Of a stretch of 61,683 nt of DNA, positions 50,409 through 61,683 are shown piece by piece. Source of the DNA: Chiloscyllium plagiosum (lineage: Eukaryota). Below the pieces are notes generated by a model, which saw only the letters and a program-made list of their open reading frames with translations, did not search any database and was not told the origin of the DNA. Within the stretch, counting starts at the first letter, position 1. The number at the start of each line of letters is the position of its first letter. The stretch is taken from NCBI RefSeq assembly GCF_004010195.1, contig NC_057719.1, positions 5,882,570 through 5,944,252 of the forward strand, in the 5' to 3' direction. A program made the position numbers and the translations under genes.

Positions 50409-53400
50409 TATGTGATATGTTAACCACTTGTAATTCTGCCTTTGAGGGATGGATCATGTTGCAAAATTGAATTGTGTCTCAGTGTAACCAAGATTCATTG
50501 GACTCCTGACTGATGGCTATCATTATTCTTAATGATGCTTTCATGTTCTTGAGGCACTGCCTACTCTTTTGGGAGTCTGCACAACTAATAGTGTGGAATG
50601 TAAACTTGGATGGAAGTTTTAAATCTGTTACAAGAGCTTGCATTTATATCGTATCTTTCACTAACTGATAGTTCACATTCATTGATACACCTTTGAAATA
50701 GTTGGTGTTATAATGTACGGAAATTAAGGTCAATTTTTGCAGAGTAAGATCCCATCTCTAGCAGTGAAATAAATGTCAAACAGTGAATTTAATTTTGACA
50801 AGCACGTAAAACGGTAACAGTGTGATGACCTTCCGTCCGTTTTTACCTCGACTGAAGTTGGATTCTTTGTAATGATTATTGAGGAATAAATATTGACCAT
50901 GATACTAACCCCTTCTGTTATATACCAGAATGTCAGGTGGTGAAAGATAAAATTGCATATAGAATTGCATGAAGATTATTTCCAATGAAACATATTGCAA
51001 GCTTGCTGTATGTTTTAAATCTAGGGACCATGATTTTAATCTGTTCCTATTTTATAGGAGCAGGTGTGATTTCCCAGATGGTGCACGCTACCTTCACACA
51101 ACCTAATAGAATTAATATATAAATAATGCACTTCTCTTTGAATGATGCCATGGGACATTTTTTAAGTATCCACCTGAGAATGCATCATTTATATCTCAGC
51201 TGAAAGATGACACCTCTGCCCAGTGGATTGAACAGCATCTATAAAAAGGTCATCAGATTACTGTATTGTTTTAATGGCACCCTTCAATCAAGTAAGGAAT
51301 CCTATTCATAGAATTCACTTAAACAGAGAGGATAAAGCACAGAGGTCTAGAATGCAGATCTATTAAACTCTGTGGAATGAAATTTAAAAATACAGGAAAT
51401 GCTGGAAACACACAGCAGGGTATTGGCATCTGTGAAGAGTTCAGGCAGTCAATGCCTGACATAGGGCCCAAGCAGAAATGTTGACCCATCTGTTGTCTCT
51501 GTGGGTGTTGACTGACCTGCTGTTTGGTTTCTAGTCCTGATTTGCAGCACTTGCAGTTTTTGCATTATTTGTTTTTTCTACACGCTGTAGGGAATCTAAA
51601 GAATGAATAGTAAGGTTAATTCCAAAGGAGCAGTTTTTAACCATGATGTAACAGCGTTACATTGGGACATTAGACCAGTTAACCCATTGAAGCAGTTCTG
51701 CCTTTCCATTTGATTATATTTGATCTGTACATTGGATTCATTGCCCTACCTTTGCAAAATGACCATATACCCAATAAAAGTCTGTTGATCCCCAGTTTGA
51801 AATTATGCAACTCTCACATTCGCAGCATTTTTGAGGATAGGGTTCCATATTTCCATCACCTTTTGTGTGAAAACATACTTTCTGATGTAGGTGTTATGAC
51901 AGTGATGTTGGTGATGAGTTCCAATGTTTTAATTTGGTATGTGATTTGGAGGGGTGCTTGCAGGTAATCATGTTCCCATGCACCTGCTGGTCTTGTTTTT
52001 CACTTAGTAGACATTGCAGGGAATGGGAGGTGCTGTCAAAGGAGCCTTGGCAAATTGTTCCAGGGTGGCACTTGTAGACAGCATACATTGTTGCCACATG
52101 TGATAATTGTGGAGGGAGTGAATGATGAAGGCGGTGCATGAAGTGTTAGAGCACATTGATTCTCGAAGCCAGGAAAATTAATTTTCATTTGCATCTTTTT
52201 CTCAAATGTGCAGATGTCTCCTGTTTGAGTTATACAGGCTTGAAATTTGATGGCCTCTTTGCTGGATAAACATGGGACTCAGGCTTATGGGTTCCTACAG
52301 GAAAGTGGGGATGTGATCACAAACAGACCAACTATGATTGTTAGATGGTGGATCTTGAAGGACAAAATAACCTACTGCCATTCCTAACTGGTATGTTATT
52401 AATGCCAGCTTACATTTATGAGCTCCCTTGGACATAGCAAGAAGTCTGAAGATGCTTCACAGAAACATGATTAGTTGGAATTTAATATCAAAGCACATCG
52501 ATAGCTACTGGGACAAACCTTGATTAAAGTAGTAGATGCTAAGGATTACCTTAAAGGAGGAGAGTGATGCGGAGTGATCTAAGAATGTAGACTCTTAGTC
52601 TTAGGGTTTTAAAAGCTGAAGGCAGGAGTGACAGTGTTGAACAGTTAATATTGGGAATACACAAAATGGAAAGAATTCAAGGCATACAGAGATGCACCTT
52701 GGAGTAATTTACTATTTTAAATTCACTAGTCAATGTGTGTTGTTGGTAGTGCTGTCCAGTTTTTATTAATTCGCACAATGTAGCCATTGCTGTCTAAACC
52801 AGCATTTATTCCTAATTATCCCGAGGGCAGTTAAGAGTCTGGAGTCACATACCTTTTCAAAACTGAACTTGTCTTTAGATCATAAGACATGGAGGCCAGA
52901 TCAGGAAAGCTGCAATTTCCTTCCCAAAGGGACATGAGTGAAATAGATGAGCTTTTCCATATTTAGACTCAAAAGATTTTAAATCGAATTCTAGATTTTT
53001 ATTGAATTCAAATTCCTCCATGGCAGGATTCAAACACAATTCTCAGAACATTACTAGGGTCACTAGATTAATTGTCTAGTGATGATACCACTATGCTATT
53101 GCCTCTCCTAATATCAGTGGTCCAAAAGTTATGGCCTGCATGTAGCTTTCACCACCAGTTCACAGAGATACCCGACCTGTGATCTCAAAGTAACTTGGAG
53201 AAAGCAGGACCCTTAGGCTATCCTCCCAAGATTGAGTCCATAAAGTAAGAGGTCCCTTAAGTGCAAGCCAGAATGGCCCGTAGAATGGGAAATGTCAGAT
53301 AACCTGTTCGTGAATCCACTGTATTATTTGATCCTGACCAAAATAAGTCCCAGCTTCAAAGCTGTGTGCCTGATATATTGAAGTAACCAGAGATGACAAC

Positions 53401-54744
53401 AGATGCCTATTGATAGATATTTAAATAAATAATATTGTTAAAACCTCTGCTAGCAGAAAATTTAAAAGCAACCAGTTTACAGGCACTATATGAAACTTTC
53501 ATTTGAGGAACAAGGAGCCCTGGGGATAAAGACTTGTACTGACTGTTATTCAGGAAAGATATGCACTTGGCTTAAACTGATGAATAGGTATAAGCTGTTT
53601 GGGGATCACAGTGGAATTTACACACAGGTTTACATGCTGGTATAGATGTACTTGTCTGAAGAATCGCTGTGCTGCAAATAAGTCACAACTTACTCCAGTT
53701 GATTAACCAATTCAGTTCCATCATTCTAAATCATCTTTTATCAGTCATTTTCTGCTTCTGCAGATGTTGACTACAGTTGGAATAAAAGGGTAAAAGATGG
53801 AGAGATGAGGTAATGCTGGGAACGACACTGTGCCCTCATGGCATACCTGATGGAAATCATAGAATCTGATGGAGAAAATAGAGGCTCTAAAGCAATCTTT
53901 GATCATCATTAGATTTGAACGTTCTGACAAGGAAAATGAGTAACACCTACCTGATCGTCATTTGAGAGCCATGTTTGAAAGTTTAGAAAGTCCGGCCTGA
54001 TCCTGTCCACTCCTGACCTGGTGAAACAAGCAGGGTATTATATGTTTGTTTGACTATGAACGAAGGCATCACCACTGAGCCTTACCCACTCTTTCCCTGG
54101 CAACTGATAGTAGTGAAGCAAGCCTGGTAGTGTTTGGATCTAGTGAGCTACCAGAACCTTTCAACAAAGATTCATTTAACAGCTAGTTTAGTGTTGAAGT
54201 GTTGATCTTCTGCTTCAGTAATCCTAACCAAGCTTATTGTGAACATGAATCACTAAATTCTAACTTTAGTGTACTTAAAATATGTGAAATATGTTCCCTC
54301 ACTTAATGCATAACTAACTGCAAATATTACATAGAATATGCAGCGAGAAGCAAGCCAATTAACTCAACTGCTCCAAGTTCTTGTTTAGGCTTCACACAAG
54401 CCCCCTCCAGCTTACTTCCTCTAGTTCTTACAACATATCCTTGTAATCCCTTCTCCCTCACATGATTATCTAGGTTTGTCTTAAATTAATCTACGGTATT
54501 TGCCTCAAGTCCTCCCTGTAGTCATGTATTTCACATTCTACTCATTCTCTGGGTAAAGAAACTTCTGAATTCCTAATTGGACATCTTGCAATTATGTTTA
54601 TGACCCCCAATTTTGGTAACAACCAAACTGCAATTTGAAATTATCTATGTTTACCATATCAAACCTATCACAAATTTTAAAGGAAACTATCCAGTTATCC
54701 ATCACCCTTTTTTTCCCAAGGCTTAAGCTTTCTTGATAAGTGTA

Positions 54745-55047
54745 ATTAGATTAGATTACATTGCAGTGTGGAAACAGGCCCTTCGGCCCAACAAGTCCAC
54801 ACTGACCCGCCGAAGCGCAACCCACCCATACCCCTATATTTACCCCTTACCTAACACTACGGGCAATTTAGCATGGCCAATTCACCTTACCTGCACATCT
54901 TTGGACTGTGGGAGGAAACCGGAGCACCCGGAGGAAACCCACGCAGACACGGGGAGAACGTGCAAACTCCACACAGTCAGTCGCCTGAGGCGGGAATTGA
55001 ACCCAGGTCTCTGGCGCTGTGAGGCAGCAGTGCTAACCACTGTGCCG
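54745..55047 (-). mobile_element. HE1-type SINE, young
   Basis: Near-identical reverse complement of 7080-7402 with (TTAGA)n tail. Confidence 0.92.
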
Positions 55048-56823
55048 CTCAAATCTATCAGTTTTATACTTCCAGGAGTTTAGTCTTAAAGCAGCACTTG
55101 TTGTCTTGTCACATCATAGACCCATGTGCTCGACTTAACACCCTATTCATCCATTTAATTTTTCTATTGATTATTCCATTCTGGCAGATTGGCCAGAACC
55201 TTGTGGCAGTGAGGAGGCTGTTGGCCGTTGACTTGAAAGCTTTGCATTGATTCTTTTTAGGAAGGTCCACTGTGTATTGTTCTACAGGAGCACGTGACAG
55301 GCCTGCAGTGGAGCTTGGTCTGGGATCAAGAATCCTGATGACTGAATTCCAACATGCCAAGGTGTGGTGGACAATCAGAAGCCAGCAGCTCCATTGATTG
55401 CCTGTGTCACCACTGGGGCAATAACTGCTGTAATATGACACCTACCTGGGGCGAAGTATCAGGTCTGGATTCAGGAAGGCAGTGATTGTACTTGGAGTGG
55501 GATCATGAGAACGAGGTTGACATCAAAAGTGCAGGGCTTTTGACACACACCCTGGATCTTTGCATTGATAGGTCCCTCTTTCTGGCACTGTGCCATTGTC
55601 AGTATCGCATTCCCCATTATAGTCAACCTATCTTGCTTCTTCACCTCCTCTTGTACCCTTTAGTGACAACTGAAGCAAGTGCTAATTTTAGAAAATCTTT
55701 CAACAAGAAGGATAAACATTCCTTCATTCAATTTTGCATCAACTGTGGCTTGAACCAAAGCAAGGCAGATTTTGAATGACAGGGATGGTGTAACAAAGCT
55801 TTTTTTTTCCCAACTAAGTAAATGGCAATGCACTCATGGGGAATCCACAGGGAAAAGACAATGCTAAACCCAGTTTACAGAGCTGCTCATTAGTACTACA
55901 TCCAGAACCAATCAAGTGAGGAAAGACAGACTTGGAACACAGTACAAGAACTGAGAGACGGTTGAACCTTAATGGAGAGGCCCATAACTCAGAACAAAGT
56001 GTCTTTTTCTTTTATCTTTTACAAGCTGATGCTGAAAAATATTAGAAATCAAAATTATTCTGCATTTTACTTTGAATGAAGCTCCCCAGCTGGAACAGTG
56101 AGAATATGTGTGGGCCCTGAAAATTATAAGGAAACCGATTAACTTTTTAAGGGGCCACTGCTTTATTGAAAAGATAAATTTCTTTGTAATCAAACACTAC
56201 GATGATGAGCGAGGTTAAATTGGTGGGAAAATTGTATTTCAGATCAATGTGCACAGATATTCAAGCTTATCTCCATTACATAGGATTACATGGAATATAT
56301 TATGATCCCCAGCTGATGGTATTACTGGAGAGTCAGATTCCACAGTGAAAGTGGCATAATATGCCATATATTTAACTTTTGCAACGTGATTACCATGGTG
56401 GTCAGTGGTTGAGCCGATTCAATTGAAGCTATAAGTGTATCTTTAACAAAAGAAATTGAGGGCTATTGCACAAAACAAAAGAAATAAGTATATATGTTTC
56501 AAAGAAAGTATCATTCAAAGTAAAAAAAGAAGATTCAACCTTTTTATTCCTCAGCAGTATCCTTGACAGACATTCAATCCCAGTGAAGTCTCACTTCTGT
56601 CTTAACTTTAAAACATCTTGCTGAACTGTTGAGGTCCAAAGCATTTCTTTTTGGTGACTTACTGTATATTCATCAGAAGCATTCTGTATCACAGTCTTTT
56701 GCCAAGACACACACAGTACATTGCTAATTCATTTACTTATTTTGACTGAACTCTAAGAAATAAAATCAAGGATTTTGGTTACCTTTAAATTGCTAAACGA
56801 TATATCTCCTGTTTGCATCTTCT

Positions 56824-57158
56824 TAGAATAGAATCCTTATAATGTGGAAATGGGCCATTCGGCCCAACAAGTCCAACCCGACCCTCCAAAGAGTAACCCA
56901 ACCAGATTCATTCCCCTACCCCTATTGTCCTATATTTACTCCTGACTAATGCACCTAACCTACACATCCCTGAACACTATGGGCAATTTAGCATGGCCAG
57001 TTCACCTAACCTGCACATCTTTGGATTGTGGGAGGAAACCCATGCAGACACGGCGAGAATGTGCAAACTCCACACGGACAGTCGCCTGAGGCTAGAATCG
57101 AACCTGTGTCCCTGGTGCTGTGAGGCAGCGGTGCTAACCACTGAGCCACCATGCCGCC
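56824..57158 (-). mobile_element. HE1-type SINE
   Basis: Same subfamily as 9119-9680. Confidence 0.85.
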
Positions 57159-57569
57159 CAGTTCTTCTCTGAACTGCAACCTTCAGCCTTCCTAACTGTT
57201 TTTTCACTTCTGTCCTACTTTTTTTTATCATGTATTTCTCTCGTTTATATGTGCATGCAACATACAGCTAGGAGCAAGAGTAGGCCACTTGGCCCCTCAA
57301 ATGTGCTCCAGTGTTCTTTAAGATTGTGAGGAAGGGTCACCAGACCCGTAACATTAACTCTGACTTCTCTTCACAGGTGCTGGCCGACCTACTGAACTTT
57401 TCCAGCAACTTCTGTTTTTGTTTCTGTTTTACAGCATCCACAGTTCTTTCAGTTTTCATTAAGATTGAGGCTGTTTTGATTAATCCACATTTCAGCCTAC
57501 CCTCACAACCTTACACCACTTGCTTATCAAGAATCTTTCACCCCTTTCTGTGAAAAATAGATCCAAAAA

Positions 57570-58060
57570 CTTACCCTCCATGCAAAAAACATTGTCCTCA
57601 TTTGTATTTTAAATGGGTGACCCCTCTTATTAAATAGTGATCCCCAGTTCTCGATTCTACCAACAAAAGAAACGTTATTTTCACATCCACCATGTCAAAA
57701 TCTTCAGGATCTTTCATGTTTCAATGAAGTTGACTCTGTCTTCTGAATTCCAGCAGATACAAGCCTAGCTTGTCCAACCATTCCTTATAAGACAACTTGC
57801 CCATTCCAGATATTACACTCACCAGCCTTCAGTGAAGGGTCCAGCATATTTCCATCCATCCTTAAATAAGATCAAGACTGTACAGAATGCTCCAGATGCT
57901 GTCTCACCAGTGCCTTCTAACTGAAGCTTAACCTCCCTTTTTTTAAATTTTATTCTCCTCCCAATAAATGATCTCATCCTAATTATTTGCTGTACCTGCG
58001 TATTAATCTTCTGCAATTCCTGAATGAGGACCTCCTGATGCCTGTGCATCTCAGAGCAGT
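57570..58060 (-). mobile_element. Decayed CR1 3' region
   Basis: ORF 57819..58049 remnants and CR1-like 3' nucleotide motifs. Confidence 0.55.
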
Positions 58061-58200
58061 TGTGTCATCTACTGTCTGGAATGCATCAGAAATATAAACC
58101 ATATACATTTCAGTTATCTCAGGTGCATGAGAATGATCATCACTGCTGACTTTGAAAACTCCTGCAAATCCTGTTACAGGATAAGTGTACCAATGTGAGC

Positions 58201-58436
58201 ATCAAAGTTGAAACTTTATTGCTGGAACAGCACAGCAGGTCAGGCAGCATCCAGGAAACAGGAGATTCGACGTTTCGGGCACAGGCCCTTCTTCAGAAGG
58301 CCCTCATTCCTGAAGAAGGGCCTGTGCCCGAAACGTCGAATCTCCTGTTCCCTGGATGCTGCCTGACCTGCTGTGCTGTTCCAGCAATAAAGTTTCAACT
58401 TTGATCTCCAGCATCTGCAGACCTCACTTTCTCCTC
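58201..58436. mobile_element. Fold-back PLE terminal element with back-to-back hammerhead cores, TSD CCAATGTGAGCATC
   Basis: TSD at 58190-58203 and 58436-58449. Arms 58201-58297 and ~58310-58405 are near-perfect inverted repeats. Same young subfamily as 2955 and 15169. Confidence 0.92.
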
Positions 58437-58477
58437 CAATGTGAGCATCCTCTCGCAAGTCATTATCCCCAGTATCA

Positions 58478-59150
58478 ACCTAGGGGTGCAGGTTCATAGT
58501 TTCTTGAAAGGAGAGTCACAGGTAGACAGGGTGGTGAAGAAGGCATTTGGTACACTTGCCTTCATTGATCATAACATTGAGTGTAGGAGTTGGGACATCA
58601 TGTTATGGCTGTGCAGGACATGGGTGAGGCTTTTTGAATATGGTGTACAGTTCTTGTTGCCCTTTTATAGTTGTTAAACTTGAGGGTGCAGAAAACGTTT
58701 ACAAGGATGTTGCCGGGATTGAAGAGTCTGGGTTATAAGGAGAGGCTGAATAGGCTGGATCTATTTTCCCTGTAGTGTCAGAGGCTGAAGGGTCATCTTA
58801 TAGATGTTTACAAAGTCATGAGGGGCAGGGCGAGGGTGAATATATTGTGGGAGTCCAAAACTAGTGGGCATAGGTTTAAGATGAGAGGGCATAGATTTAA
58901 AAAGGATCTGAGGATCAACGTTTTCATGTAGAGGGTGGTGCATGTCTGGAACGAGTTCCTACCAGAAGTGGTGGAGGTGGGTACAATTACAACGTTCAGA
59001 TGGCATCTGAGTGAGTATATGAATAGGAAAGATTTAGAGAGAGATAGAGGCCAAATGCTGGTAAATGGGACTAGATCAGATAGGAATGTCTGGTCAATGA
59101 GCAAACAAATTGGACTGAAGGAACTGTTTCCGTGCTGTAATACTCTGACT
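58478..59150 (+). mobile_element. CR1 3' fragment
   Basis: LGVQVHSFLK..QVDRVVKKAFGTLAFI and VWNEFLPEVVEVGTITTF. Confidence 0.85.
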
Positions 59151-59556
59151 GGCCATGCATGACCAGCTGCAATGGGCAAGTCGCCTTGTCTGCATGCCCA
59201 AAACCAGACTTCCTGAGTGAGTGCTCTACCCTGAGCTCCTCAGTGGTAAACAATCACTAGAGTGGCGATGGAATTTACACAAACCTATCTCTGTAAGCCT
59301 CCCTAAACGCATGCAATATCCCCACTGAATTGAGAATCGCTTGCCCGAGAATGCACAAATTGGAGGAAAACATCCATGAAGGCGCCAACTGCTTTGAGCA
59401 TCATCGGGTGGAGCATGTAGATATAAAGCACAAACAGCAGAAAGAGCGCACAGATTCCAAAGCGTCACACCTACCACCTCATCAAGCTCCTCCTGCCCTA
59501 CCTGTGGAAAAGTCTGTAGCTACACGATTGAACTGTTGAGTCACCATAAATGCCAT

Positions 59557-61106
59557 CTCTGGATTAGTGGTGCTGGAAGAGCATAGCAGTTCAGGCAGCA
59601 TCCGAGGAGCTTCGAAATCAACGTTTCGGGCAAAAACCCTTCATCAGGAATAAAGGCAGAGAGCCTGAAGCGTGGAGAGATAAGCTAGAGGAGGGTGGGG
59701 GTGGGGAGAGAGTAGCATAGAGTACAATGGGTGAGTGGGGGAGGGGATGAAGGTGATAGGTCAGGGAGGAGAGGGTGGAGTGGATAGGTGCAAAAGGAGA
59801 TAGGCAGGTAGGACAAGTCCGGACAAGTCATGGGACAGTGCNNNNNNNNNNNNNNNNNNNNNNNNNNNNNNNNNNNNNNNNNNNNNNNNNNNNNNNNNNN
59901 NNNNNNNNNNNNNNNNNNNNNNNNNNNNNNNNNNNNNNNNNNNNNNNNNNNNNNNNNNNNNNNNNNNNNNNNNNNNNNNNNNNNNNNNNNNNNNNNNNNN
60001 NNNNNNNNNNNNNNNNNNNNNNNNNNNNNNNNNNNNNNNNNNNNNNNNNNNNNNNNNNNNNNNNNNNNNNNNNNNNNNNNNNNNNNNNNNNNNNNNNNNN
60101 NNNNNNNNNNNNNNNNNNNNNNNNNNNNNNNNNNNNNNNNNNNNNNNNNNNNNNNNNNNNNNNNNNNNNNNNNNNNNNNNNNNNNNNNNNNNNNNNNNNN
60201 NNNNNNNNNNNNNNNNNNNNNNNNNNNNNNNNNNNNNNNNNNNNNNNNNNNNNNNNNNNNNNNNNNNNNNNNNNNNNNNNNNNNNNNNNNNNNNNNNNNN
60301 NNNNNNNNNNNNNNNNNNNNNNNNNNNNNNNNNNNNNNNNNNNNNNNNNNNNNNNNNNNNNNNNNNNNNNNNNNNNNNNNNNNNNNNNNNNNNNNNNNNN
60401 NNNNNNNNNNNNNNNNNNNNNNNNNNNNNNNNNNNNNNNNNNNNNNNNNNNNNNNNNNNNNNNNNNNNNNNNNNNNNNNNNNNNNNNNNNNNNNNNNNNN
60501 NNNNNNNNNNNNNNNNNNNNNNNNNNNNNNNNNNNNNNNNNNNNNNNNNNNNNNNNNNNNNNNNNNNNNNNNNNNNNNNNNNNNNNNNNNNNNNNNNNNN
60601 NNNNNNNNNNNNNNNNNNNNNNNNNNNNNNNNNNNNNNNNNNNNNNNNNNNNNNNNNNNNNNNNNNNNNNNNNNNNNNNNNNNNNNNNNNNNNNNNNNNN
60701 NNNNNNNNNNNNNNNNNNNNNNNNNNNNNNNNNNNNNNNNNNNNNNNNNNNNNNNNNNNNNNNNNNNNNNNNNNNNNNNNNGAAAAAACGGAGGGCTTGG
60801 AGGCCCTGGTCATGGTGGATGGAGGTGTAGAGGGATTGGATATCCATGGTGAAGGTGAGGCATTAGGGGCCGGGGAAACGGAAATCTTAGAGGAGGTGGA
60901 GGGCGTGGGTGGTGTCTCGAACATATGTGGGGAGTTCCTGGACTGGGGGGATAGGACAGTGTCGAGGTAGGTAGAGATGAGTTCAGTGGGGCAGGATCAT
61001 GCTGAGACAATGGGTCGGCCAGGGTGGTCAGGCTTGTGGATCTTGAGAAGGAGGTAGAGCCGGGCATTGTGGGGTTCCCGGACTATGAGGTTGGAAGCTG
61101 TGGGTG
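59557..61106 (-). mobile_element. Neptune-like PLE (3' terminus and RT), spanning a gap
   Basis: Terminus with CTGATGA-AGGG-TTTTT-GCCC-GAAACG on - (~59620-59650). MDIQSLYTSIHHDQGLQALRFF is a PLE RT motif (60782-60847). Confidence 0.85.
59842..60781. other. Assembly gap (N run)
   Basis: N characters. Confidence 1.
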
Positions 61107-61683
61107 GGAGAACAGGACAGGACCCGAACAGGACAAATAGTACAGACTACAGATTCAAAAACACCAGCAACAGTTCTCCTTCAAGATCCTCCGCTCCACG
61201 CTTGCAGCAATGCGCCAGCACCTAACCTCTCTACAGTCAGCCCTGCCTCAGCTGAGGGCCACACTCTCAGAATTGCAAATGACCCACTCTGTACTACATC
61301 CTTAGGAGAATCCATACTTTCAAGAAACAGTATTTCAATTCCATCTCAAACATCAAAAACTGTAAGTACAACAAACTTTTATCTACCCACCTCCATAACC
61401 AGCGCTCCTCAAACATTCCAGAAGATTCCCCGGCCTCAGAATCTACTCAGACGCCATTAGCCATGCGGCTGATGCAGCTGCCACCCCCTGCTGATTGATG
61501 ATGTCACTTCCGCCCCCATTATGGCCACTCCCACAACCACTTCCACCACTCACAATTCCTCATGCATCACACGTGACATCACTTCCACCCTTCACATCAT
61601 CGCTGATGCCACATGCTCAGTGACGTCCGCCACCCCTACTGCCGTGGTCACCACCACTTCCGCCCCCACCAGCGCCACTCACC
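61107..61683 (+). mobile_element. Neptune-like PLE N-terminal ORF and linker, inverted relative to 59557-61106, runs off the window
   Basis: Homologous to 6100-6720 (KILRSTLAAMRQHL..., GATGTCACTTCCGCCCC linker repeats). Confidence 0.8.

Noticed and set aside
56299..56820. Possible LTR starting TATTATGATCCCAGCTGATG
   Set aside because: I could not define the other terminus or a TSD.

Overview
Eukaryotic (vertebrate) genomic DNA, almost certainly from a shark or other cartilaginous fish. This is inferred from HE1-type V-SINEs, SacSINE1/Deu-type SINEs and abundant CR1 LINEs. The only host gene is a + strand TTC7B orthologue: five consecutive internal coding exons (24719-24836, 28110-28167, 32672-32744, 34958-35118, 48025-48141) splice in frame with GT-AG junctions. 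The rest is intron packed with retroelements: CR1 LINEs (two long copies with ORF1 esterase, APE and RT), Rex1/Babar fragments, SINEs, possible solo LTRs and many Penelope-like elements (PLEs; Neptune-like and Poseidon-like). The most striking pattern is a set of short fold-back (palindromic) PLE-terminus elements with 12-16 bp target-site duplications. They carry minimal hammerhead-ribozyme cores (CTGAnGA-stem II-GAAA-CG-TC), on both strands in the longest copies. One such hairpin is attached to the same 539 bp of non-PLE DNA at two sites about 11 kb apart (3452-3990 and 14630-15168), and one of these lies inside a 4.06 kb TSD-flanked composite insertion. This suggests ribozyme-tagged, PLE-mediated transduction of host DNA. 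There are three assembly gaps (36527-37028, 38600-39486, 59842-60781). Most ORFs in the supplied track are spurious or repeat-derived.
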